Source: the human T2T-CHM13v2.0 reference genome, Homo sapiens. Taken from it: DNA of 64,000 bases. This document shows positions 39,703 to 54,609 of this stretch, one piece after another. Position 1 is the first letter of the stretch; every line of letters starts with the position of its first letter. Below the pieces are notes generated by a model, which saw nothing but the letters and a program-made list of their open reading frames with translations, was not told the DNA's origin and did no database searches. The DNA is taken from NCBI RefSeq assembly GCF_009914755.1, contig NC_060938.1, one strand, 5' to 3'. A program made the translations under genes and the position numbers.

Positions 39703-40562
39703 GTCAGGAAAATTATTTAAATAAATACATAAACCAAGCTAATCTACCAAATGTGAGAATTATAAACAGTTTCATCTATTTTTGATGGTTGTGATATGTG
39801 TTAACTTTCAACATAGACTTCTGCTTCCTACCGTGTGGCAGGCAGATACTGCAGGGACCCTCCTGTTGCTAAACTGCTAGGTCCTGGATGAAACAGTTTC
39901 ATCCATGCCAGCATTGCTGGTTTCACAAAAAGTAGATGAAATGTGTAAAGATTTTACTTCACCAAAAAATGAGAGTTGAACCAGAGGCAACCCCCTTCCC
40001 CATGATAAGCACACAGAAGGGCCACAGCTGCGCTAAGAAAACACATCTATAGGAATATTTTGTATCTTCATTTTGGTCCCAATCCTTGATAAGCAGCAAG
40101 GCTAGGGAGCTGAACCAGAAACTCCTGCATTATTTCAGGCCTCTCTTGGCTCCCTCATGGAACAGACACAAGTACTCCTTGGAGGAAGGCACCCCCAGTT
40201 TAGTCCAGCAGGATTCCCAAGATTATTATCAGGAAAATATGATTTCAAAGTTAAAGATCAATCAAGCACATCAGGAAGAAAACCATCATGAGTGACAGCA
40301 GACACAACACAACAAAAACAAACAATAAAGTCATCTAAAGAATATAAGTAGCTATGTATGAAATGCTTAAATGATATTTAAATAAATAGAGTATGAACCA
40401 CAACCCTGAGTTATCCACAGGTGCTTTCTAGGAAACATTAGGCAAATCTGGAAAAAAAAAAGTTGCAAGTTCTTACAAAAAAAGACAAAAAAATTATTTA
40501 GAACTAAAACACTCTGTGAGACATTGACCATCAGATTATACACAGCCAAAAAAATAATTTGT

Positions 40563-40868
<306 letters not shown>

Positions 40869-41316
40869 TTAGAAGACATATAAGTTGGAATATATCTAAA
40901 AAATTACCCATAGTTCAACACAGATGGATGAATCAAATATTAAGAGATTTACAGTGAGATGGTTCAACAAGCATTTAATTGGGCTCCGAAAAGGAGAGAA
41001 TACAGGCGATCCAGGAAAAGCATCATTAGAACTGAAAATGACTGAGATTTTTCTAAAACTAATGGAAGATATCTATCCACAGCAAGATAAGAAATCTAAA
41101 CCCAATCACACCATAATCAAATTGAGGAATTCTAACATGAAGGAATTCTAAACATCTAGCATTCTAACATAAAATTATAAAAGTAGCCAGCCAAAGGAAA
41201 AATACAGATTCCTTTCAAATGAGCAACAATTAGACTTGAAGATGACCTCTACATAGAACTGTGGAATTCAGGAGACATTAGAATAATGCTTTAAATATAC
41301 TAAAAGAAAATAACTG

Positions 41317-41431
41317 ATGACGAGTTAATGGGTGCAGCATACCAGCATGGCACATGTATAGATATGTAACAAACCTGCACGTCGTGCACATGTACCCTAA
41401 AACTTAAAGTATAATAATAATAAAATTTAAA
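41317..41431 (+). mobile_element. Extremely 5'-truncated young L1PA tail (~115 bp) with a 15-bp TSD
   Basis: atgacgagttaatgggtgcagca...gtaccctaaaacttaaagtataataataat; TSD aaaagaaaataactg at 41302-41316 and 41432-41446. Confidence 0.93.
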
Positions 41432-42622
41432 AAAAGAAAATAACTGCCTGTTTAAAATTACATACCCAACATGAATAACCCTCAAGAATGAATATGAAAT
41501 AAAGACATTTTCAGACAACTAAAAACTGAATTTTTACAATTTCAGAATTGTATTAAAGAAACTTCCAGGAGCTGTTGTTTAGACACAGGTACATGGTTCT
41601 ATAAGGAACCTCCCAACCAGGAAGGAATCGGAACACAAAAGAAAAGTGACTAATATAAATGAATATTCGGTCAACAAAATAGTAATATTTTGGGTGGTTT
41701 AAAACTATGTAAAAAGAATTAAAATACATTTTAAAAATAGCAAATAAATTAGGAGGCAAGTAAATAGAGTTAAAGGATTTTAAGGTCCTCTTATTGTCCA
41801 AGAGTATTAATATTAAATTTTTGATAAGCCAAGCTATATCTTGTAATTTCTGAGGTAACCGTTAAAAGAATAGAAAATGAATGTATGGCATTCAGAAGTA
41901 AATAGGGGGAAATGGGATGATAATAAATGAATCAATTCAAAAGTTAGCATATTTTTTTATTTTAAAAATATAACATAGAACTAGCGAGGAAAGTAGAAAG
42001 CATACAACAAGATGATAGATTTAAAGACAAATTTATTGGAAATTTCTTTAAATGTCAAAGGATCAAATGTTCCATTTAAAAACAAAGATTGTTTAACTGG
42101 AGAAAATATGCTGTTTACAGGAGTCACATCTAAACCTAGGCATATAAAATAGATTGAAATTTAAAAAATATAAAAAGCATATCAGACAAACACTATTCAA
42201 AAGAATGCTGTTATAGCTATATTAACATCAAATACAATTTGAAGCTATGAGGTCTTAACATTTTGTTTATTTTGCATTATATTTAATAGCTGAAGTCATG
42301 TCTCCCTGACAGAATGGTTTCCTGTTGCAATGCAGTGATGTTACACAACACATGATTTCTTTCACACAACCACTATGAATTTCTTTTTTCCTCATTCTAC
42401 CATTATTTACTCTAAAGAACCTGTTCTAGAAAAGCGTGTATTTTAGATATTTTCTTTCATTGTCCCTAGAAATATGTTCATTCTAGACAGGACAAGCGTA
42501 TTGAAAATGTGCTCAGTTTTTCCATTCCTCATGTTCTCAGGTATCTGGCAACTAACCAAAAGCTTATAAAGATCATCAGAGATTCTGGGTAGTATGTAAA
42601 CCTGTGGCCACTCTAGTTCTCT

Positions 42623-42830
42623 ATGGTTGGTAAACTATGGCCTCTGGACCAGCTGCCTGTTTTTGTAAATAAAATTTTATTGGAACACAGCCACATCTGT
42701 TCATTTACATATTGTCTATGGCTACTTTCTTGTTACAATAGCAGTTGTTTCTTGTCCTAGAGACTGCGTGGCCCACAAGCCTAAAATATTTATTTTATGG
42801 TCCTTAATAATTTATTTTATGGTCCTAGTC
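42623..42830 (+). mobile_element. MER58A-like hAT-Charlie MITE
   Basis: ggttggtaaactatggcc...cctgtttttgtaaataaaattttattggaacacagccac...ggcccacaagcctaaaatattta. Confidence 0.85.
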
Positions 42831-43014
42831 TAGACTACCACATGGCTTGAACTTATAGTTTAAGCTAAGTCCTTTCTCACCTTATTCGCCTATCACTTAG
42901 TAGAGTGCTGTTCCTTACAGACATCAGTTACTTCATAATAATATCACATCAAAGGTTCAATTGTGCCTCTTATATAGCTTACATATTCACTTTGATATGG
43001 CTATATGAGATAGT

Positions 43015-43190
43015 AAGTTATCTCTTTTTATCATTGCATAATAATCCTGTGAGATGGATATTATCACTTTCATGCTACCAATGAGAAAATTTAGGTTCAG
43101 AAGCCTTAACTTGTTCAGTCATAGAGCTGATTCCTGGTAGCCTAACCCAAGCTTGCTTAACTCCAAAGACCTTGCTCTTAACCACCTCAT
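43015..43190 (-). mobile_element. MIR
   Basis: aatcctgtgagatgg...atgagaaaatttaggttcaga...gctcttaaccac. Confidence 0.65.
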
Positions 43191-43469
43191 GGTATTACCT
43201 TGTATCATCTCAAATGAAACAATGTATGTGGAAGCTCTTTGGAAATGTGAAATACTAATCTGTTTTAATTGTGACATAATATGTAATACTATACTTCAAC
43301 AATATCTACCAATATCTGGTATGTGCTGAGCATTGTATTCATGTTTTGGGACTACTATATAGTCCCTACCTTGACACGTATGTATGTAAATAACTGTGGT
43401 GTAAGGTAGGTTGAGATAGTTGTCATAAAAAAAAGGCTTTAAAAATCACTAAGGCAAAAACAACCCAAA

Positions 43470-43890
43470 GGTTTATCATTGGAATGGAATAGATAAATAA
43501 ATTGTGGTATATTTATGTTCATTATATACTGTACAGCAATTATAATTGTATACAATAAGGAACAAGAAACAACATGGGTGAATCTCACAAGATTAATGTT
43601 GAGCAAAAAAACAGAAAAGAATATATATTATATTATTGTATTGATATAAGTTTCAATAACAGGCACAACTGATCTATGACAGTAGAAGTCAAGATGATGG
43701 TTACCTTTAGTGAAGGTGAAGATTAGGTAGAAGCATGAGGATATGTGAGGGTGATGGAAATAATTCTATTTATTTATCTAGTTTCCTGTTAAACAGGTGT
43801 GTTCACTTCATGAAAATTCATTGAGCCCTGAACTTTTCTGTTTGTATATTATACTTCAATGAAACATTCATGTAAAATAAAATAAAATTT
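43470..43890 (+). mobile_element. Old L1ME 3' end
   Basis: gaatagataaataaattgtggtatatt, aacatgggtgaatctcacaa, tgaaaattcattgagc. Confidence 0.75.
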
Positions 43891-44404
43891 AAAAAATATT
43901 ACTAAGGATTTAGCAGGTGAAAAATTTTCTGGAGTGGGGAAGATAATCAAGAAAGGACTTTATGTAAGAAGTAATAATTAAAATGGGGCTTGAAGGATTG
44001 ATGTAGATTTGATAGCATGGCATAGATTTGGTGTTCTAGGTGGAGGGAATATTACAATTAGGCAGAATTTATGGCAGGTCCTTGGCTAAAGTGAGTGTGA
44101 AGGAATAAAAGAGAGTTCAATGCCACATTGTGGAAGGCCTTAAATGCCAGCATGAATGGTTTATACTAACTTCAATATTATCAAATACTTAATACACATC
44201 TTTATTTGTACCATGTATAAAAGCGTGCATATGTGTGTAGTTACAACTCTCAAGGAGCTCATAGTTTAAAAAGGAATATAAATATTAATGTATTATTTTA
44301 ATAGTATTAAATAATCATTTAAATATAAATGTTAATGTAAATATTGAAACAAATAGCAATAGCAGAAAAAGAACTCCATAAAGAAAGTGAGAAGATATGC
44401 CTAA

Positions 44405-44742
44405 ACTTGTCTCAAGTTTTCCAGCTTCTAGAAGCTATCCATGTTCCTTGGCTTGTGGCCCCCTTTCATCTTCAAGGTGAGCAATGGCCAGTTTAATCTT
44501 TCCTACACTCCCATCTCTCTGGTTCTTATTCTTTGCCTCCCTCTTCCACTTAAAAGGATACTTGTGACTACATTGGGTTTACCCAGATAATCCAGGGTAA
44601 TCTTCATCTCAGGGTCACCTGATTAGCAACTTTAATTCCACCTGCAACCTTAATTCTCCTCTTTTCATATAACCTAACATATTCACAGGTTCTGGGGAAT
44701 AGGATGTGGGCCACTTTGGGAGACATTATTCTGCCTGTTATG
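44405..44742 (-). mobile_element. MLT1 (MLT1C/D-like) LTR fragment
   Basis: ccagcttctagaagc...ttccttggcttgtggcccc...tgattagcaac...cattattctgcct. Confidence 0.82.
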
Positions 44743-46398
44743 CCCAGGATAAGATCTCCTCCCAGATTACATGTGGGCATGAGACCACAGGTAGAATCAA
44801 GTAGCAACATCTGGTTGGAGTGAGGGATTGGGAAACAAGGCAGTTCCTAAGACACCTTAGTTTAAAAGGCTTTTTTACTAGGCTGTTTTATCCCATAAAC
44901 GTAGTGCCTCAAGGCTACGGGCTTTTCAAAGGCCTGCAACAATGCGGGGGAGTCAAATATAAGTTAAAAACTAACCAAACACAGTATTTCTGCAACAAAA
45001 TGTAAATATTTACAATTAGTGAGATAAAGGAAGACCATAAATAGCTTTACATCAGTTTACCTAGGTTTAACATCAATTGATTTCAGTACCAAAAATTTTT
45101 TTAAAGTTCTTTTTTGTTTTCAGAAGTGTTGGAGTTTTTGTATTGTGAATAAAGGATTATTAACCTATATAATTTTAATGACTTTATTAAAAATCAAATC
45201 TAACATAATATAATCTTTAATAATACCCATAATACTTGAGAAAAGATAAGTTGACTTCTCCCAGTTTAGTGAATGACATATTTTCATAATAGGCCATCCA
45301 TTATCAATAGTCCAAACATTTCCTAAAGGCATGAAACTAATTTATACACCCACCCAAAATGTAAGAGATTTCTAGTCATTTTACATCTTAGCCAGTATAT
45401 CCTACTATTATTAGTCATTGTAATTTTACCTCTTCAATTGTGGGTGAAGTGACAGCATATTGGAATTTAAATCTTATGTCCCTGAAAACTAGTGATGTTG
45501 AGCATGTGTATGATGTTTGTCAGCCATGTAGATATCTTCCCTTGTGAAATATCTCTTCATGTCTTTTCTCTCATTACTTCAAATATTCCATCTTACTGCC
45601 CCTGGCCTCCATGGTTTCTTATAAGAAATTCACTGTTAATCTTATTGAGAATCCCTTTTAAATAATCATTTACCTTTTACTGCTTCAAGGTTTCTTCTTT
45701 GTTTTTGCTGATATAGAAGCACAATTACATGTTTATGCCTCTATATCTTACTATTTGGTGTTTTGAAAAAGCCAAAGTGATACAATACTTTGGAGGGTAT
45801 AAATTTAGGCAGAAACCGAATCCAAGTAAACAGGCACAGGTCTGGATTCAAGATTAAGCCAAGTACTAGGAAACAAGCACAGGAATGGAACTCAGGCTAG
45901 TTGACTGAGAATAGTGTCTTAAAAACACACTTGTAAAACAAGCAGAATGAACACTTGCTGAATCATTGCTAGATCCAGCAGAGATTTTTTTTCCCTTTAC
46001 CTTACCTGCATATGTGTAAATGGATAAATGCTTGGAAACTTGTGCCACCCCTGCCCCCAAAACAGAGTAGTCTTCTTTGGGAGTTAGTTATTGCAGTAGA
46101 GAGAAATCCTTATCATTATTATTCCTTAAAAATAAATTATATACTATTACTAATATTTCTGAGAAGCTGTAATACTACTTTTTTGCCAGGGGTCTGTAAA
46201 GTTGAGGGAAACACCATAGATGACCTTTTGTCACTAAATGGACTAACATCCAAAAACTATATATGTGCCTCCAGGAAAGGTTTGGATGGCATCTTAAAAT
46301 AAACTATATGAGTTATGTTTAAAAAAATAATTCTTGTACCAATTTATTTAAATCAAATTAGATAATATAATTCACTGATAAAAATTAGCACAGATTTT

Positions 46399-46950
<552 letters not shown>

Positions 46951-47378
46951 TCTTCCTATTTTGCTGTGTCTATGTATAACTGTAGTACCATATTGTTAGG
47001 ACTTGAAAGAAGACCAGGATTTGCCCCCTTATTAAGAGAGAATCTAAGTAGTTGATAATCTCTCTTTTATTTTCCTCTCTTCTAAAACAATAGAAATAGC
47101 ATTTATTCATTCATTCATACTTGAAAGTATTCAAGCTCCTACTATCTGAAATTAGATAATATAGTATAAGTCTTATACGTCACACATCACTATACATATT
47201 TAAAGTATTATAAATTCTGGTATTGGTTGTTAATGATAAAGAGAATTCAACTTAAACTATACTTAACAAAAAATATTAAAATCAAGTCTTTAAAATGTAT
47301 TCTCTTTTTACAGGTGATCATTGAAATCCTATGACATACAGTAAAAGGAGATTCTTGAGGAATATGACATTTTGTATA

Positions 47379-47706
47379 CAGTCATGTATCACTTACAGTG
47401 GGGATACATTTTGAGAAATGTATCCTTAGGTGATTTCATCATTGTATGGGCATAATAGAGTGTATTTACACAAACCTAGGTAGTATAGCCTACTACACAC
47501 CTAGGTTATATGGTGTAGCCTATTGCTCCTAGGCTACAAACCTGTACAACATGTTCAGCTGTGACACAGCAGCAAGTATTTATGTATCTAAACATGTCTA
47601 CACATAGAAAAAGTACAGTAAAAATATAGGTGTTGTATTCTTATGGAACTATAGTCTTATATGTGGTCCGTTGTTGACCAAAGCGTTGTTATTCTGTGTG
47701 TGACTG
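47379..47706. mobile_element. Tigger3a (MER7A)-like TcMar MITE, complete, with TA TSD
   Basis: TA|cagtcatg...tgactg|TA terminal inverted repeats; internal tagcctactacacacctagg...gctcctaggctacaaacctgtaca. Confidence 0.9.
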
Positions 47707-47989
47707 TACTAATTTTGTTGGGAAGGAAAATTACATGATCTATGACAAAGAAAAAGAAAACTCTCCTAGTTACCTTGGTCAACAAGACTTTCTGCTGAAG
47801 ATAGAATCATGAGGAAGACCGTAAACAGCAAGACCTCTCAGGGACTTGGACATCTTTCATTATGTGGAAAGGTTTTCAGGGTACCAGCTAGATCCACACT
47901 AGATTTTATTTTCTTTACTTGTTTTGCAGCACATCTTCTGCTTCTTCATCTGCTGAGCGATCCAGCTAGTTTTTGTTTTCCTACTGTTT

Positions 47990-48235
47990 ATTTAATAATC
48001 ACTTATTAAAGCATTTACTATGTCCCAGGCACTGTTACGTTTTACAGATTTTAACTTAGTTCTTCCTAACATCAGCCCTCTAAGATATAAAGTACAGTTA
48101 CCCCATTTTGTAGGTGAGGAAGTTGAGGCACATAAAGATTTGCTAACTTGCCAAGATAGGGGAGTTTGTAAGTGGTGAAGGCAGGGTGGGACCCCAGCCT
48201 TTCTGGTTCCATAGACTATGCTTTTAATCACCATT
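47990..48235 (-). mobile_element. MIR
   Basis: catttactatgtcccaggcactg...ccccattttgtaggtgaggaagttgaggcac. Confidence 0.8.
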
Positions 48236-49664
48236 GCTGCACTGTCTTTCTGGCATACATCTCTCTCCCCTGCCTTTCTCTCCTCCATGGCTTCTGCTCA
48301 CTGCCCATGAATCAGTTTCTGCCTGTGAATGTTTTGAGTTCTGCTTCCACCACAAACTCTTTTCTTCTCTCTCTCATCATGTCAGACTATCTCATATATC
48401 ACTCGACAGTGTATATATGACTACTTTTGACTGAGGAACCTCATTATCTCTGGTCTGATAAACAGAGAGACATGACATCAGGACAAAATAGAACAACCTC
48501 TAAGGAATCAGCTGTAGGGAACAATATACTATGGAAATACACAATGGTAAGCAATCCAAGCCTTACTGTGAAGTGGAGGTTTAATTGAAACCTGGTCATT
48601 TTTATCCTTTTGAAAATAGCTTTTAACTTTTTGGGTATCGTTACACAAGTTACTTAGTTATGTTTCTTTTTACTAGGTTCTTAACCTTCTTCTGAGGTTA
48701 AAAATTAAAATCCTAGTAGGTCTATGGTCATGTTCTTTGAGAAATCATCTAACTTGATGTATTGTTTGAAGATACCCAATTATATATTTTATAGATGTGT
48801 TTAATAGTGCTAGCTTAATCATATATATTTATGGTTACTCTGGAAATAACTCTATTAAAATAACTATCACACATATTAAATTATACCATATTGAAATGTG
48901 GTCTTCTATGGTAAAATAAGCAATGTTTTCTGGATACTTGTTAGTTCCAACTTTCTTTCTAACCATCTGTGAAACCTTGGACAATTTCCAAATGTTTCCC
49001 TGAACATGTTGTATTAGCAACAATTTCCTCCTCTATAAAAGTAAGGTTCCGTATTACCTCTGAGATCCTTTCCAAGTCTAAAATTATTTGCTTCTGTGAT
49101 TTAATTTGTACTGTATGCTTCTTTATTTAGCAGATATCACACATAACATCAGATGTCTCTGTTCTAAGATAAAAACCAATTTCCATTCATGGTCTTGGAG
49201 TTACTAAAACAAGGCTTAACTGTATCAGACTATAACTATTAAAAACACATTTAAACCAAACATAACAAGATCTCAAGGAGAGATAAAAGTGGTTTATCCA
49301 CAATACTGGTTAAGAATAGCGCTTAGTGATGTGAACAGTGTGGTCTTTTCTTTGTCATTCTGAGTTACTAGATTAAGCTCCAGTGAAACAATGTAGTTCA
49401 TTTCTGATACAGTCCCAACACAAATGGCTGTCCTATTTAGATGGCATTGGTCAAGACTGATATCAAGATAGGTAACTATAAGACTAACCTTAGTTAACCA
49501 ACCCATTTTTCAATCACGTAAGGTATAATAAAATACACTCTGATTATTCTGTGAACTTTGATTATTGTCATTAACTCTGTTATCAAATGATCATTTGATT
49601 CCATTATGTCACCTGGAATTATGTAATTTATATATAATGTATACAGTGGTATAAAAAGAAAATA

Positions 49665-49870
49665 TGTATTTTGGAACAAATGGGTCTGAATTTCTATTTG
49701 AGTTCACTAGCTCTGTTATAATTAGAAATTACTTAAGCTTTATGAACCTATGTTTTATATCTTGCAAAATAGGGATAATAGGAACTACCTCATAGGTTGG
49801 TTATGAGAATAGAATATAGTAATATATTTTAAACACTCGAAAGAATGCCTAACTGATAGTAGGTGGTCAA
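49665..49870 (+). mobile_element. MIR (diverged)
   Basis: aaaatagggataatag..actacctcataggttggttatgagaat. Confidence 0.6.
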
Positions 49871-50017
49871 AAAGTGGCATTGATTTGTAGTTAAGCTTGG
49901 ATGTTTTAAAGCGATATCATTATAGGCAGAAAGTTTGGGCATTTTAAAATAAAGTATATAACTTTATTATCCATATAAAACTTTATATAGCTATATATAT
50001 CTATATATAGTGTAAAT

Positions 50018-50560
50018 GCACACTTACCACAGGACTCAGCAATTTCACTCTTAGGTATTTACCCAAGAGAAACAAAGTTATATTTCCACAAAAATGACCT
50101 CTATGTCGATATTTATAGCAGCTTTATTAGTAATTGCCAAAGAACTAGAAATCAGCCAAATGTCTAACAGGTAAGTGGATGTACAGATTGTGATATATTC
50201 ATACAATTGAATACTACTCAGTGGTATAAAAGAATAAACTACCAGTACATGAAATAATATGGATGAATCTCAAAAAATTATGTTTAGGTAAAAGAAGCTA
50301 GACTCAAAAGACTGCATACTGTGTGATTCTATTTATATGACATTCTTAAAAAGGAAAAACTGTAGGGACAAAAATCACATCACTGATTGCCAGAGGCTGA
50401 GTGTGAAAAGAAGGCATTGACTCCAATGTTGCACAAGGACCATTTGGGGGTAACAAGAATATTCTGTGTCAAGACTGGATAACTTTGTCAAAATTTACAG
50501 AACTATATAGTGAAAATGGGTAAATCTTTACCTTATATAAATTATGACTCAATAAGTCTG
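50018..50560 (+). mobile_element. Old L1M(D/C) 3' end
   Basis: cagcaatttcactcttaggtatttacccaagagaaa, atggatgaatctcaaa, catactgtgtgattctatttatatga. Confidence 0.8.
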
Positions 50561-50799
50561 ACATTGAAAAATCCATATGTGTACTTACTTGCATATATGT
50601 TTACTTTGATAAAATTTTACCTAAAATATGAGTATAAGAAGAAAAAGTGTTATACTTGTGTAAAATGTTTATACTATAGTAAAAGTATAAAATATACTTG
50701 TAAATAATGAACCCAAATTCATAGAAGTGTTTTCTTTGGCGCTGGGAAGGAAGAAAGGGATGTGACTGATGAGTGTGATACGTGGAATGGGGTAGGGGA

Positions 50800-51118
50800 T
50801 TTTTTTTTTTCTTTTTTAGAGACAGGGTCTCACTTTGTCGACCAGGCTGGAGTGCAATGGTGTGATCCTAGCTCACTGAAGCCTTGAATTCCTGGGCTCA
50901 AGCAATCCTCCTGCCTCAGCCTTCTGAGTAGCTGGGTCTATAGGTGCATGCCAGCCCACCCAGCTAATTTTAAAAATTTTTGTGGAGATGAGGTCTTGCT
51001 ATGTTGTCCAGGCTGATCTCAACCTCCTGGGCTGAAGTAATCCTCCCACCTTAGCTTGCCAAAGCACTGGGAAATGAGGCATGAGCTACCATATAGGCAT
51101 GAGCCACTGTACCTGGCT
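50800..51118 (-). mobile_element. Alu (AluJ-like) with a small internal duplication near its 5' end
   Basis: Reverse Alu; aggcatgagc occurs twice at ~51078-51105. Confidence 0.9.
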
Positions 51119-53914
51119 GAATTTTTTTTTTATGTGACGCAAAATAGCAATTTTTGAAAAAAAAAAAAGCAAGGTGTGTATAACAGTGTGTATAAAGCGC
51201 TATCAATTTTGTAAATCAGGGTAATTTATTTGCAAGTATCTATATATGCTTATATATGTACAGACTATCTCTGGAAGGAGGTACAATGGACAGATAACTA
51301 GTAGTCTCAGGAGAAGGGATTTGTAGTACTGAGGGTAGGAGGTGGGAGATTTACTTTACATTGTATATTCTCTTACACTGAGTTTTGTTAGTTTTTGTTT
51401 AATGCATGCATTTATTTTTGCAAGTATACACGTAAATGAATGCATGCAGTTTTTATAAAAGTAATTGCCAGAAATATGGGAATAGGATGCCTGAAAGAAA
51501 AACAGGAAAAATATCTTGTTTGTTAATTTCCTTGATATTTTTGATAAGAGACTTATTTTTGACATATAGTATGATAGGATTATATGATATAAATATCAAT
51601 CTAGGAAATACTATAGAAGTAAAGAGCACATTTAAATTGGTTGAGTGTTTCAACAATGCATGCAACAGATACCCAACTCAGACTAGCCTAAGTCACCCTC
51701 CAACTTACCCCCCAACAAAGGATTTATCTACCCTGGAAGTCCAGGAAGCAGATCTGGATCTGTTTTCTGGCATATGTGAATCCAAGAGTAGAAATGATAT
51801 CATCAGGACTTGGTTTTCTTCTGAGGCTAGTGGGATGCAGTACTTCAATTAGACAACCTGGATCTTATACCCGAGGTGATGGGGGATGAAGTTCATTGTA
51901 GCCACAGAGACTGAACAAGATCACTGTAGCATAGGATAAGGGTATTTCTGAAAAAAGAAATGCTGCTGGATAAGCATATATCTGATAAAGTAAGGATATC
52001 GTAAAGCCAGAAAGTTTATAATAGCTTTGAACATAATCACTAGGGCCTAGGAAAAAAATTAGATACTGGGAATTAAGAAATTGAGTGAATTGAGTGAACT
52101 GTTATAAAGCAACCAAGTCTTCATAGTCAACTAAGTGTGGGAGGAGAAAGTGAAATTTTCAATAGTACCTTAAGCATGGGAATTTAAATTTATCACAGTC
52201 CCATTTTCATTATGAAAATTTCTAGGCAAAAACTACATTTCAGTGTTTTCCTACAAGAATTTTTGTTTTGTTGGTTGGTTTTGGTTTCGTTTTCTGTGCA
52301 CAGGTACCAAGTAAAAGACTTCAAAACAATCATTTTATTTCAGCATTTGTACATACGTAGCACTGGCACATATTTATTTAGTAAAATCTCTATTACCCGT
52401 TCAGTATTTGATATTCCTTAAATGCATGTCTGAAGTCTGAAGTTTTTAAAGTTGAATGTGATATTTTTGATTCTTTTTGACCTGCCATTAGTCACAGTGG
52501 GTATCTGTGTCTTCTAAGTTACCATTTTAATCACATTTTATGGTATACTGAAAATTGGAAAAGCTTGCATTCTTTGACGTTAAGAATCAGCCATCTATTT
52601 TTACTTTAGATGCTTTTCCCTAGTTTTTTAGAATGTTTTATCTCTAATTATGGACTATGTCATGTTAAAGCACGCATTCAAACATCTTAAATTTAACTAT
52701 AAAGTAACACTTGGATAGAATTTACCAGTTCAGAGAACAGATTAATCTTAATGCTAAAACTTACATGCAAAGGTCCAAACTGCTGCATGCTTTTAAAATT
52801 ATTATCAAAATAGAAAAGTAGCATTCTGTAAAGTTCACTTTTATTACATTGATTAATTTTCCTATAATCAGGGTTTTACAATTTTTCTTATGACTTCTTA
52901 TACAATAAAATAATTCCATTGAAATTATATGAATTCAGCAAAATTCTGAACCTGTGGCTCCAAACTTTCTATTACTTTTTAATTGTTGGTGGTGTCCTAC
53001 TTTGTGAGGTTTGTGACAACAATTTGCTCTGTGTTACCTTTCAAACACCATTTAAAGCAAAGTGAAAGATAACCATTTTATGAAAATTTAACTTTGAATA
53101 AACAATACTAAAACCTGACTTACCAGTGCCAGATTTTCAAAGTTACTTGAAAACTGTTTTTGGTGTTGTTTGAAATCCTATGGGAATGATGGTGGGAGGG
53201 TGGCAAATTCTTTTTAAATTACTACGTTGAACCTCATTGAAAAAAACTGATTACCTGTTCTTTAAAACTCAAAAATTATAGCAGGAAGGAACAATAATGC
53301 CCCTTTAATAAAGTATCACTAGCATTTACGGTTGCTGCCGTTCTCCCCTTTTGGGATTTGTTTTTCTCCCACAGAGAAGGAATTGAAAAGGTTAAATCAT
53401 AACTGTAAGAATCAGTCTGTAGCCTGCTGTATTTTTTTCACATTCAATATCAAAGATGGCTTGACAACATATTTAGAATTTTCTGAGTTTTACTATTAAT
53501 AAAGTTAAAAGAAAATCTAGTATGTTCAGGCAGTGGAGCCACATTAAATTTGTATGTGAAACACCCATTGTACTTATCTCTACTGTAGATATTGCTCTGA
53601 AACCCATGTTCCACTTTCTGAATTCTGTGTATAAAGTTAAACATTGCAGAAGGGCATATATCTGATGGTACAGATAAATAAGGTTGAAGTTTAGTAATGA
53701 GCAAGATTGCTAAATTTAATATGTTCAAGTTTTTAGTGTTTGTATTATTAATGCCTTTAGACTATTTTCTGGTAACTTATGAGACACTGCTAAAAACATT
53801 CATAGGTTTTTTTTTTTAACTGTCAGTAATTTAAGACTACTGTTCTTACCGTGGTACTGTATTTTATCATACCAAAATGAATACTGAATTTCTTAAAATA
53901 TTAATTACTTTTAG

Positions 53915-54009
53915 GCAAAGTTGTTATCTATGCAACAAGCCAGAGAAACTGCAGTTCAACAGTACAAAAAACTGGAAGAGGAAATCCAGACCCTTCGAGT
54001 TTACTACAG
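53915..54009 (+). CDS. MIPOL1: MIPOL1 next internal coding exon (95 bp, phase 0/2)
   Basis: Acceptor ttacttttAG (53913-53914) and donor CAG|GTAAAA (54010). Translates AKLLSMQQARETAVQQYKKLEEEIQTLRVYY(S), continuing ...ERALK|AKLLSM... as recalled for MIPOL1. Too short to appear in the ORF track. Confidence 0.93.
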
Positions 54010-54609
54010 GTAAAATTCTTTTTAGCCTGGGGTTAAGTAAATATTGTTAGTTTGGGAAATGTTTCTACCTGATTTTACAATAGTGAATGAGGAAATACCT
54101 CAATGAAATTAAATATTATGCACTTAAAGCATTTTTATAACTAAAAAAGATTCAGGCTTATAGTATTTATTATTCTACCTCTTCTCTTTACTATATTTGG
54201 TAAAGTTTAAATTTCCACTTTCATTGTAACTGAAATTTACATAATCCATTACCAGTTGTCTAAATGAAGCCTGGATAGCTGTTGAGCTATTTGCCCATCT
54301 AAATATCACCTCTAAAACAATCGTAAATATAAATATAAAATATACATACATTTATACTTATACATATAAATGTAATATATATTTAAATATATATATTTTA
54401 AAACACACATGAGCAGCAATAATAACCTTTCATGTATTTTAATATGACAGACTTATTAATTTATGTTACAGGAGTATTCACAACTACCCCTGTAACATAA
54501 ATTAATAAGGTAGGTATTTTTTAATGAAAATGAATAGAAATGTCAGAATGCATCTCTTATAGTAATGGTAAACTTTTGTTTCAGGTTTGTATGTGAGAAA
54601 GAGAAAAAA

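Noticed and set aside
47295-47320. Strong acceptor tctctttttacAG|GTGATC as a recursive site or exon
   Set aside because: The regenerated donor is poor and no convincing downstream donor or reading frame was found.
51436-51852. 138-aa ORF
   Set aside because: No recognisable domain or splice context; appears to run through decayed repeat sequence.
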